From Thermodesulfobacteriota bacterium (GTDB lineage Bacteria; Desulfobacterota; Binatia; Bin18): a stretch of 64,000 nt of DNA. Within the stretch, counting starts at the first letter, position 1. Every line of letters begins with the position of its first letter. A model generated the notes under the pieces. It worked only from the letters and a program-made list of their open reading frames with translations. It made no database searches and was not told the origin of the DNA. The translations under genes and the position numbers were made by a program. This document shows, in pieces, positions 31,003 through 40,081 of this stretch. Location of the stretch: the NCBI GenBank assembly GCA_964291405.2, contig OZ219926.1, positions 1,408,001 through 1,472,000 of the forward strand, read 5' to 3'.

Positions 31003-32094
31003 TTATCCGAGTGTATTCACCGCAGATGGGAACGTGTTGATCCCCAGCGCTTCCCGAAAATCCGCGGTGGGTTGCACGACCATCGCATCGACGCTGATGC
31101 CAATCGCATTGGCGACGCGGTCCAGCATGCTGAAGTTGCCGCCGATGATCGACGCCGTCGTGACCGCCTCGGGACCTAATCGCTCGGCAATGGCATCCCG
31201 TGCGGCCGCCAGTTCTGCGGTATCGGGTTTCATCAAAGCACCGGCGAATCTCACGAGTTCGCACCCGTGTTCCACCCCGCTGTCAATACGTGCATCGATC
31301 GCGCCAGCTAACTCGTAGCTTCGATCGTGGGCTTTTCCGCTCTCCCGGAGCAGATGGGCATGCCACGTGGTTCAGTAGAAACACAGGTTCTGTTCCGAAA
31401 CCTTGGTTGCGACGAGTTCTATCTGTGCTCGCGAAAGTGCGTGGTCTGATGTGGCGTGAAAATTGAGCAAATGCTCAGCTCCGAAATACTGTTGACTGAC
31501 CAGGTTAATCACGCGGCGGGCTTCATCCGGGACGAGGCTCACGGCGCGAAAAATATTCCCCGCCGGACTTTCTCCATATAACGATTCGGCTAATGCGCCA
31601 CCTGCCGGAGCGCTGGGGACACTCGCGGTAAAGAATCCCTCATCGACGGCTTCGGCGGGGCGTTCGAAAGAGGGGAGCGTATCGTCGGCGAGCTCCGGTA
31701 ATTTTCGGGGTGGTATGCCAAGACCGCGGGCAAAGACGTCAAGATTGGAGAGTCGCGACACCAGCGAGACGATTTCAACATACGCGCCCTCGCTCACACC
31801 CTGGGCTTGGATGTTCTGGCAAAACTTGCGATCGATGTTTTGCGAATCAACCGCCACCGCCCGTGCCAATCGCACTGCCGCGTCAGGGAGTTTGGCCTGG
31901 GCGACCAGCTTCTCATCGTCGACCGATTCTTGTAAGCCCTGTTCGCATTGAGCGATACGCGCAGTGGCGGCAATGGCGGTTCTCTGTGCGGCGGTACCCC
32001 ACGTACCGCCGCGAGCATAGGACTGCATTTCGTCGACATGTAGGGTTTCAACCGTAGGAGAAACGGGGTAGCGCGAATCTGCGTAAAGCGGCAT
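31003..32094 (-). CDS. AhpD-related probable selenoprotein (363 aa; Sec at TGA 31372-31374; CFYU motif)
   Basis: 240-aa ORF ends LSRAQIELVATKVSEQNLCFY-TGA; the frame continues without stops (TTWHAHLLRESG...) into the 90-aa ORF to TAA at 31003; SECIS-like hairpin follows the TGA. Confidence 0.82.
31326..31371 (-). promoter_or_regulatory. Putative bacterial SECIS element
   Basis: mRNA after UGA: lower stem CGUGG/CCACG, upper stem UCUGCUC/GAGCGGA, loop CGGGA beginning 24 nt after the UGA. Confidence 0.65.
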
Positions 32095-32274
32095 TGGAAT
32101 GAACCCTCCTCTCTCGAAATTGTACTTCGCTTATCAGTCATTTCAATAAACGAGGAAATGCCGTCGTGCAAATGCGCTCGTGTTGGGTTTACCTCTTGAC
32201 AAGCCGCTCTACGGGTCGACAATGCCTCTCAAGAGGGCGAACCCCGACAACAACAGAGGACGGAGGAGCTTACC

Positions 32275-33072
32275 ATGAGCACAATCTTGCGTTACCTTCA
32301 CCACCCCGCATCACAGCCGTGCCGCGCAGCGCATCAGTTCATGCTGGAGAACGACATTCCCTTTGAACTCGAGTTGGTCGATATCACCACCGATATCAAC
32401 GAGCGGCCGGAGTTCCGGGACAAGTACAACCCGACGGGGCAGGTGCCGATTCTCGTGGATGGTGACTTTGTAATCTGGGAGAGTGCGGCCATTGCCTTCT
32501 ACTTGAACGAGAAGTTTGAATGTCCCGCCCACTGGTTCGGGCGCGACACCCGGCAAAGAGGGCTTATTCAGCAGTTTCTGCAATGGTACGCCTACACGCT
32601 CCGCCTCGGCGGAGGCGCGTTCCACTGGACGATCTTCGCCCCAATGATCTACGGCTATGATAAGGACTTTTCCGCGGAGATAAAGAAAGGGCGCTATATT
32701 CTGTATGAGTCCCTTGACCTCCTAGAGACCTATTGGCTCAAAGACCGTGCTTATGTGTGCGGCGACGAGATCAGCTATGCGGACCTAGCCGCCTACCAGG
32801 ACCTCGTTTCCCATGATGCCGGGAAGATCATTCCGGACGGGGTGTGGCAGGAGCACCCTAAGGTCAGGGCATGGTTCGAGACAGTGGCCGCACGTCCGCA
32901 CGCAAAGACGGTAAGTGCGTGGCAATATGAGAACGTTGGAAAAATACTGAACGACGGTGTGAAATTTGAGTTTAGGCGGAAAACCGCGGTCTTAAAGGGA
33001 ACAGAGGTCCACAGCGGCCACAACCACGGCATTCTTTACGCCGGCCAGGACGATAGCTACTTAAAGGAGTAG
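32275..33072 (+). CDS. dcmA: Dichloromethane (dihalomethane) dehalogenase, theta-class GST
   Basis: Near-continuous match to recalled DcmA, especially Methylophilus DM11 type: LRYLHHPASQPCRA, YNPTGQVPILVDG, WYAYTLRLGGGAFHWTIFAPMIYGYDKDF, HAKTVSAWQYENV, RKTAVLKGTEV.SGHN; catalytic Ser retained. Confidence 0.9.
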   Translation: MSTILRYLHHPASQPCRAAHQFMLENDIPFELELVDITTDINERPEFRDKYNPTGQVPILVDGDFVIWESAAIAFYLNEKFECPAHWFGRDTRQRGLIQQFLQWYAYTLRLGGGAFHWTIFAPMIYGYDKDFSAEIKKGRYILYESLDLLETYWLKDRAYVCGDEISYADLAAYQDLVSHDAGKIIPDGVWQEHPKVRAWFETVAARPHAKTVSAWQYENVGKILNDGVKFEFRRKTAVLKGTEVHSGHNHGILYAGQDDSYLKE

Positions 33073-33200
33073 GAGGCCACCGGAGGCACCACCTAGGAGT
33101 CCTGTGGTTGAGAGAGCGATAGAAAAATGTCTTGATGGTTATCGTAGCGACTTATGCCTCACTGAAACGGTGACATTGTTGCCATAACCCGGAGGATATA

Positions 33201-33866
33201 ATGGCGACAATCGATCTCTATGAAGCGATGCGGACCTTACGGGCCGTACGGCGGCTACGCCCGGACCCTATTCCAGAAGACGTGCTCTACCGGGTCCTAG
33301 AAGCCGCAACCTGGGCACCGACTGGCGGCAACCGCCAAGCTTGGCGGATCATTGTGGTCAAAGACCCTGCTCGCAAACAACGTCTCGGCGAATTATATAA
33401 GCAGGTCACACTTCCCTATCTCAAATCGTATATGGAGCGGTTGGACGGTGCCTCTGAGGAGGAACGGAGAAAAGCCGAGCGGACAATCCGCGCCAGTAAC
33501 TATCTGGTGGAACATTTTGGCGAGACGCCGGTGCTGCTGGTCGTGTGTTTTAACCCGGAAGGGCTTGCCGTCACCGATGCGAAGCTTGACAGACAGTCCG
33601 TTGTTGGCGGCGGCTCGATCTACCCGGCGGTAGAAAACCTCCTGCTTGCCTGCCGGGCCGAGGGTCTGGGGTGTGTGCTTACGACGCTGCTGTGTATGGA
33701 AGAACCGGCAGTTCGCGAACTCTTGGGGATTCCCGATCCCTGGGGAACGGCGGCTGTCGTGCCGATTGGCTATCCCGTCTTGCGAGGGCATGGGCCGATC
33801 TCGCGGCGGTCGGTAGAAGAATTGGCGTTTGCGGATGCCTGGGGAACCCCGTTTTTCCGGGAGTAG
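33201..33866 (+). CDS. Nitroreductase family protein
   Basis: RAVRR...APTGGNRQAW...AVENLLLACRAEGLG...VPIGYP. Confidence 0.92.
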   Translation: MATIDLYEAMRTLRAVRRLRPDPIPEDVLYRVLEAATWAPTGGNRQAWRIIVVKDPARKQRLGELYKQVTLPYLKSYMERLDGASEEERRKAERTIRASNYLVEHFGETPVLLVVCFNPEGLAVTDAKLDRQSVVGGGSIYPAVENLLLACRAEGLGCVLTTLLCMEEPAVRELLGIPDPWGTAAVVPIGYPVLRGHGPISRRSVEELAFADAWGTPFFRE

Positions 33867-33897
33867 CTCTCGCCCGCTCATGACTCAGGAATAGAAT

Positions 33898-34038
33898 GGC
33901 GTCTACGCGCTCAACGAGAGTGTGCCGCTCAATATGCTCTCAAAATGGATGGGACACTCTTCACGAGAAGTAACAGCGGTCTCTGCAAACGCATTGGGAG
34001 AAGAACGATGCTCTATTGCCGCCCTGATGTGGACGTAA
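33898..34038 (+). pseudogene. Tyrosine recombinase C-terminal remnant
   Basis: VPLNMLSKWMGHSSREVTAVSANALGEE..IAALMW* resembles box II (LGH..I.TT.IY); the catalytic Tyr position reads Ser (TCT); no N-terminus. Confidence 0.7.
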
Positions 34039-34045
34039 AGGCAAG

Positions 34046-34384
34046 TCACATGGATCTACCGAGTACGTCACGCTGCGGAGTGACCTGAAAGCGGACGCCC
34101 TCGTGTTTCTGTAATGCCGCTACAAGCTCAAAGAGGTTGCTGGCGGCTGGATTGCCCTTGGGGCCAAGCATACGCATTAAGCTCGTATCTTTCTTGCCCG
34201 TCACACGGGCGAGTTTCTGGAAGCCCATCGTCGCATTGATGTAGTCCCGCAGAAGAATCTTCCCCGTCGCAAGATCCCCCCTGAGAAAACACTCAATGGC
34301 TTCCGTCAACAATCCTTCGCGGAACTCCGGATCACGCTGCGCACGAGCCATGACCGTGTCTTTAAAATTACGAGTGAGTGCCAT
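34046..34384 (-). CDS. Addiction module antitoxin (HTH, HigA-like)
   Basis: MALTRNFK...LRDYINATMGF..LA..TG....SLMRMLGPKGNP; downstream of toxin. Confidence 0.85.
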   Translation of the reverse strand: MALTRNFKDTVMARAQRDPEFREGLLTEAIECFLRGDLATGKILLRDYINATMGFQKLARVTGKKDTSLMRMLGPKGNPAASNLFELVAALQKHEGVRFQVTPQRDVLGRSM

Positions 34385-34385
34385 C

Positions 34386-34715
34386 TTATAAACCCTTTCT
34401 CTGACTCGCTTTATAAGCAGCCCAGAGCTTCTGAGCCGCAGCAATGTCTTGTCGTTGTCGTTTCTTCGTCCCTCCCCCTAGCAGGAGGATTACCTGCGTC
34501 CCTACCCTGCCGAAATAGACTCGGTAGCCTGGCCCGAAATCAATCCGGCATTCCGAAATGCCTCTACCAATACTTTTAGTATTGGAGAGGTTCCCTGCTT
34601 CCATTCGGGCAATAGCGGTCCGCACTTTCAGAGCAGCAGGAGCATGCAAACGATCGAACCAGCGCGTAAAAGGACTGATGCCATCGTCGGTCTGGTATTC
34701 CTGAATCTCAATCAC
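34386..34715 (-). CDS. RelE/ParE-family (HigB-like) toxin
   Basis: SPFTRWF...ECRIDFGPGYRVYFG...LLLGGGTKKRQRQDI. Confidence 0.9.
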   Translation of the reverse strand: MIEIQEYQTDDGISPFTRWFDRLHAPAALKVRTAIARMEAGNLSNTKSIGRGISECRIDFGPGYRVYFGRVGTQVILLLGGGTKKRQRQDIAAAQKLWAAYKASQRKGL

Positions 34716-34719
34716 TTAA

Positions 34720-34750
34720 CTAACATAAATGTTAGCATTAGATCGGTCAA
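34720..34750 (-). promoter_or_regulatory. Sigma70 promoter with overlapping TA operator
   Basis: Minus strand TTGACC-17 nt-TATGTT-6 nt-GTG start; palindrome CTAACAT-AA-ATGTTAG at 34720-34735. Confidence 0.65.
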
Positions 34751-35148
34751 GAAAAATATCTATGCCGTGTCAACGCTTCCGGGACGAGATGACGATGTGA
34801 CAGACATGACCCCCTGCCCTTCAAGCTGCTTCATCCGAGTAATGGGGATGTGACTCAAACTGATTTTTTTGCACAGCCTCGGGTGATGGAGACTCCGTAG
34901 GAAGAGCCGTTTTGATGAAAACAGTACTCCACCTGACCAAAATCAGATACAGTGCCATATGCGTCGTGCTTGGGCCTTGGTGCATAGAAAGATGGCGAGC
35001 CGGACGAGCTTTGGCTGACGTGACGTGCTCCGTTCTCGACGATCTGGCAGCTCAATAGTTTTATCGGTATAAGCGAACACGAGTCGTCAGCCTCGAACCC
35101 GCATCAAGGCCGACAGTAACCGAATTGTTTATCCTTCGGGGAGGAGTG

Positions 35149-36423
35149 ATGCCGAACCAGACCAATTTAGACCCCTTCGTGCCTGAGGTGTTGGAAAATC
35201 CCTACGAGGTCTTCGCCGAACTGCGACGGCGGGGTGCCTATCAACTGCCCGACACCACTATGTTCATCATGACCCGCTTCCGCGATGTCGAGTATGTCCT
35301 GATGCATCCGGAGCTGTTCTCGGTTCACGGTCTCACGGAGGGGCTCACCCGCGATACCCCGGAGATTCGGGAGATCGAGGCCCAGGGCTGGCCGGACGTC
35401 AACGTCCTCAGCAAGGCCGACCCGCCCGAGCACACCGGCTATCGGAGTGTGGTCAACCGGCCCTTCTCGGCCCAGAGCGTGAAAACGCTTGAACCTCGCT
35501 TACAGGAGATCGCCAACCGCTTGATTGATGCCTGCCTGGAGAGCACCGAGATCGAGTTTGTCAGCCAGTTTGCCCAGCCCTTTCCGCTCTACGTTTTTGC
35601 CGAGTTGATGGGCTTGCCGGAGGAAGATATTCCCAGGGTGAAGCGGTGGTGTGACGCTCGGATCGAGCGCATGGGCGGGACCATGATCAGCCACGAGCGG
35701 GAGCTGGCCTGCGTACGTTTGGCGGTGGAGTTTCAGCACTATCTGTTTCATCAGATCGAAGCGCGCCGGGCAGCGCCCCGCGACGACCTGATCTCTCATA
35801 TGGTAACGGCCTCGGTGGAAAGATTCGGGGGTCGCTCGCTGACGACCGAAGAGTTGATCAGCATGATCGACATTATCCTGCTGGGGGGTAACGACACCAC
35901 GATCAATCTGCTGAGTAGCGGCCTGGCGCTGCTGCTCCAGCACCCGGAGCAACTGGCGCTGGTGACGGCAAACCCTTCCCTGATTCCCAACTTCGTTGAA
36001 GAAGCGATGCGGATTGAATCCCCGGTCCAGTGCCTGTTCCGGACGGTTAAAGAGGACACCCGAATGGACGGCGTCCGGCTGCCCAAAGGGTCCCGGGTGG
36101 CGGTCATGTATGGCGCGGCTAACCGGGACGCTGAGCAGTTCCCGGACCCGGACCGGTTTGACGTGCGGCGGCCGAACGCCAGAATGAGCGTGGCCTTTGG
36201 CGCGGGGGTGCATTTCTGTCTCGGCGCTTCGTTGGCGCGTCTGGAAGGGAAAGTCGCCTTTGAGGCTCTCCTGAACCGGCTGGGCACCCTACGTCTGGCC
36301 GAGGGCAAGAACGATTTCCGCTACGCCATTAACCCCGTGATCCGTGGTCTCAAAGAGCTGCATATCGAGTGCAACCCGCCTGCCGGTACGCTGGGCACTG
36401 AGCGGCCGAACCCTCGATTATGA
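35149..36423 (+). CDS. Cytochrome P450
   Basis: GGNDTT I-helix, EEAMR (ExxR), FGAGVHFCLG heme ligand. Confidence 0.95.
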   Translation: MPNQTNLDPFVPEVLENPYEVFAELRRRGAYQLPDTTMFIMTRFRDVEYVLMHPELFSVHGLTEGLTRDTPEIREIEAQGWPDVNVLSKADPPEHTGYRSVVNRPFSAQSVKTLEPRLQEIANRLIDACLESTEIEFVSQFAQPFPLYVFAELMGLPEEDIPRVKRWCDARIERMGGTMISHERELACVRLAVEFQHYLFHQIEARRAAPRDDLISHMVTASVERFGGRSLTTEELISMIDIILLGGNDTTINLLSSGLALLLQHPEQLALVTANPSLIPNFVEEAMRIESPVQCLFRTVKEDTRMDGVRLPKGSRVAVMYGAANRDAEQFPDPDRFDVRRPNARMSVAFGAGVHFCLGASLARLEGKVAFEALLNRLGTLRLAEGKNDFRYAINPVIRGLKELHIECNPPAGTLGTERPNPRL

Positions 36424-36512
36424 CAATCGAGTGAGAACAACTCCCGGAAGAGCTATCGAGGCCCCGTATTTCCGCTTGTTCTCTTGGCTGGAATGTGCCA
36501 AGAACGGGGCGT

Positions 36513-38003
36513 ATGGTCGAACATTTTCCAGAAGAGCCAACGCTTGGGCTTTTCTTGAATGCTCTTGATGTGGGGGTGCTCATCATTGACCAGACTGGGA
36601 CGGTGGTCTGGGCAAATGACAAGCTCTACCAGCTCGCAGACCTCACACCAGATCAGTTGGTCGGTCTCAAGACCAAAGAAATGGCAAAGCTGCCAGCCAT
36701 TCAAGCAAGTGTAAACCCGCAGTGGGTTCAGGACTCGTTCTGGGAGGCTGCCCGCGAGAGCGGATGCCTCGCAGATAGCACCCAACCACGCTATGGCTAC
36801 GCGCAGATGAAAAATGGAGTCCAACTCCTGTCCGCAGAGCACTATATCCGGAATGAAACGGAAGGGCTGCGCTACATCGTCCTTACCGTCCAGGCCTCAA
36901 CTGACCTGCTCACTGCCAGAGAAAAAATTGGTGAACTCGAACAGCGTACCGCTCTCTATCAAGAACAGCTGAGTGCCCTCCACACTCGCGTGTTAGGTCA
37001 GGATATTGTCTACCAGAGCGAGAGCCTGAGCCGGGTCTTTGAACGGGCGCTCCGACTGGCTCGTCTGGAGGGGAATATCTTCTTGACAGGCGAGACTGGT
37101 GTCGGCAAAAGCCTTTTAGCCCAGTACATCCATGCCATGAGCCCGCGCTCCAGCGCTCCCTTTATTCACGTCAATTGCGCCAGCCTGCCAGCCTCACTGA
37201 TTGAAGCCGAATTGTTTGGCTATACCGAAGGGGCCTTCACCGGGGCAAAACGAAAAGGCCGTCGTGGGGTCATTGAGATGGGTCAAGGCGGGACTGTTTT
37301 TTTGGATGAGATTGGCGACATGCCGGCCGAGATGCAGGCCAAGCTACTGACCGTTTTAGAGGACAAAGAGATACGTCGGCTTGGAGCAGAACAGACAGTA
37401 AAAATAGACGTTCGCTTCCTAGCCGCAACAAACAGACAGCCCGAGACATTGCTCCAAGAGCAGACCTTGCGCAACGACTTATATTACCGCTTAGCTATGA
37501 ACCGGATTGATTTGCCGCCACTACGTGAACACCCGGAGGATATTCCTGCCTTGATAAGCGCGACCATGGCCGAGTTCAACAAACAGAACACGACAGCCCT
37601 CACCCTGCATCCTGAGCTTGTAGAGCACGTCCAAACGCTCCCCTTCCCCGGCAACATCCGTGAACTCAAGAACGTCGTGTGGCAGATCGCATCAGAGAGC
37701 GGCCAGACCACTGGTGAGATCAGGCTCCAGATGCTTCCTCCAGAACTTATTCCAACCCTTCAAAATCCCCTGTCTGTCTCCTCGCAAGCAACGTCTCCCT
37801 TAGCTAGTACAGAGCCCGAGACTGAAGAGGCGCAATACTGGCGGAGATTTTGCGAGGAGCACCAAGGCGATGTGTATGCCATGGCAGATGCGCTCGGCGT
37901 TCACCGCACCACGATTATCCGCAAGTTAAAGAAATACGGTCTAACCTACGCTCGCAAGCCTCGGGCACAGCGTGTTATGCCGAAAGCGGCTGGTCCATCG
38001 TAA
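36513..38003 (+). CDS. Sigma54-dependent Fis-family activator with N-terminal PAS-like domain
   Basis: GETGVGKS, ELFG..EGAFTGA, FLDEIG, FPGNIRELKN, LGVHRTTIIRKLKKY. Confidence 0.93.
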   Translation: MVEHFPEEPTLGLFLNALDVGVLIIDQTGTVVWANDKLYQLADLTPDQLVGLKTKEMAKLPAIQASVNPQWVQDSFWEAARESGCLADSTQPRYGYAQMKNGVQLLSAEHYIRNETEGLRYIVLTVQASTDLLTAREKIGELEQRTALYQEQLSALHTRVLGQDIVYQSESLSRVFERALRLARLEGNIFLTGETGVGKSLLAQYIHAMSPRSSAPFIHVNCASLPASLIEAELFGYTEGAFTGAKRKGRRGVIEMGQGGTVFLDEIGDMPAEMQAKLLTVLEDKEIRRLGAEQTVKIDVRFLAATNRQPETLLQEQTLRNDLYYRLAMNRIDLPPLREHPEDIPALISATMAEFNKQNTTALTLHPELVEHVQTLPFPGNIRELKNVVWQIASESGQTTGEIRLQMLPPELIPTLQNPLSVSSQATSPLASTEPETEEAQYWRRFCEEHQGDVYAMADALGVHRTTIIRKLKKYGLTYARKPRAQRVMPKAAGPS

Positions 38004-38276
38004 GATCTACTCCATTGATTGTTGTATCTCTTTTTTCCTCGCCAAGATTACTGCGCTAATACACTCTCACGAACGTTCGCCTGAAATGAGTATTAACAAA
38101 GAGTGCTTGCAGGCCCGTATTTTCTGGGGTTTTTGGGGTGTTAAAAGTAGTGTTGAAAAAGTCTAATGATTCCAAAGCGCAGGTTTGACGAATAACGTCT
38201 TATCAGCCGTAAATTCCGCGCCTCTTAGCGTGTGTCAGAACAGTAATCTGCTTAGTACCCTTGGTAGCCTGACTCA

Positions 38277-38399
38277 CGCAGAGCACGAAGGGGTGCTAGC
38301 GCACGGTCTCCATCGGCTTGGCGAGGTGATCGACATGCACCGCCGCGACATCTTCGCGTCGGCCTGCTCCTCCGTGTAGTGCTGCGCGCGCTCGAAGTT
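38277..38399 (-). pseudogene. Degenerate internal fragment of a paralogue of the CmcJ/NvfI-like gene
   Basis: Reverse complement aligns to about 3830-3955 (QHYTE..ADAKMSRR.MSI..AKPMETV..HPFVLC) with a frameshift and a TAG. Confidence 0.8.
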
Positions 38400-38414
38400 C
38401 TGCGCATTCGAGGT

Positions 38415-39209
38415 TCAGCCCATAAGGGCTTCGACCGTATCGCCTACCCGGACAATGCCGGGTTCAATAACTTGGGCATACACTGCAAGACCGGGAGCGG
38501 CATAGCCTGGCAATAGGCCATCGGGATGGATTACTTTCTCCCGATACCGCGTCAGAGTCCGCAGGACATTGAGATCGCGTGCACCTTCCCCGGGATTAAA
38601 CCCCGGGATGACGCAGCGGGGGACGGGCGTACGCACTTTCAGGAGAGCCTTTCCGACACGAAGAGTCCGATCACGCCACCCGTCTTCTTCGTGCTCGACT
38701 TCATTATTTAATACGAAGCTGGCTCTAAATCGTCTCGGGTCAACCGTGCCGCCGATTTCACGTTCTAATCGCCGAATGGAAGCGGTGGTGACTAAGGTTA
38801 TGGGAAGAATGTCGATTCCGCTACCCGTCGCGACACAGCGCACCAGACGGATTGGCCTTGCAGCAAACGACGATAAAATATCTTCCCACGGACCGTCTAC
38901 CGGGGTCACGAGAATATTGCGCATACCATAATAGTCAAAGGCAAACGAGGTGCCATTGCCTGCGGCGGGGCCCTCAACTATCCGACCATCAGGAAGAGAG
39001 AGCTTGAGCGCGTCCGAGCCGAAATCATAATCGAACATGAGGGGGAAAAACGTACCGTGATTGTTTGACGATATCGGCGCGCCGCTGCTCTCCAGCAGAA
39101 AAAAGTCCCGGTCGCCGCGTATGCCCGAGGCAAGCACTTCCACCGTCTCCGGATTCGTAAACCGTGTGGCTTTGACAAAGGTTCGCCCAATTTGGTGCAC
39201 AGTAATCAT
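38415..39209 (-). CDS. MOSC-domain (mARC/YcbX-like) protein
   Basis: FVK, GIRGDR.F, DPRRFRA, EED.W, PVPRCVIP, GIVRVGD. Confidence 0.85.
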   Translation of the reverse strand: MITVHQIGRTFVKATRFTNPETVEVLASGIRGDRDFFLLESSGAPISSNNHGTFFPLMFDYDFGSDALKLSLPDGRIVEGPAAGNGTSFAFDYYGMRNILVTPVDGPWEDILSSFAARPIRLVRCVATGSGIDILPITLVTTASIRRLEREIGGTVDPRRFRASFVLNNEVEHEEDGWRDRTLRVGKALLKVRTPVPRCVIPGFNPGEGARDLNVLRTLTRYREKVIHPDGLLPGYAAPGLAVYAQVIEPGIVRVGDTVEALMG

Positions 39210-39729
39210 ACTTCCCTCCTAGACAAAGCAAAGCGAATCAACCCGCTCGGCAAATCCGCTTATCTCCATATTGCGTTTCTTCCCAGTCCCACGCTCCAGA
39301 CCTCCCAAATCTTCCTGGCCCCCTCCCCTTAATCCATGCTATCTGACAATGCAAGATAACGCCTTTTATCTTGACCGAAACCGTCCCTCCCTCTCCCTGC
39401 AAACATAGCCGGAATCTTTTCTCACTCTACTTGGGCAGCGGCAACGATAAGAGGGAAAGTGGGCCATTTCGCACTCCCGCCGCTCCAGCGTGTTTCCCGG
39501 TGCGTCAGGGGCAGGACCGGAACGCGAACGAAGTACGCAAGATCGCAGGAGTTTTGGCGTAGGGGCCGAGAGATGACGCGGGACGGGCGCCGGGGGAAGG
39601 CGTGCGTCAGAGGGTATTCACACTAAGTGATATTCAGTGAGGTAACGACAGAATTATCCTTGACTTTGTCCTCCCACTGGCCCAGTTTCTCCATAATAGT
39701 TGCCGAGGACCATGTACGACCGGACTTCC

Positions 39730-40014
39730 TTAAACCATCGGTTGTCCCTCTAACTCCTGTCCGAGAAGCGGCTTACCATACGTCTCCAGCTTACCGTCTA
39801 GGTCAAAGAGATAGTGACAGGAGAGAGTATCGACATCCCGTTTCGCCCGTTGCAGCGGATTCTCTTGAAAATGCGCATGCGCGCCGCTGGCTTCGACCAC
39901 ATCGTTAATCATCTTTTTGCAACGATGAACCGCCAAGGCCAGGTGCATCGCCCAGCGAGCACGATCTTCGAGCGTTGCACTATTGCGTTTTGTACCTGCG
40001 TCACCAACAACCAA
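39730..40014 (-). pseudogene. C-terminal remnant of HsaA-like flavin monooxygenase (acyl-CoA dehydrogenase fold)
   Basis: EASGAHAHFQENPLQRAKRDV....H..FDLD...ETYGK.LLG; the rest of the gene is absent. Confidence 0.7.
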
Positions 40015-40081
40015 TCTGAGACGCCGCTCTCCTGGTCAGCCAGACTGGCCAGAGCAGCCTACGGAACGACTCTGGCGGTCA

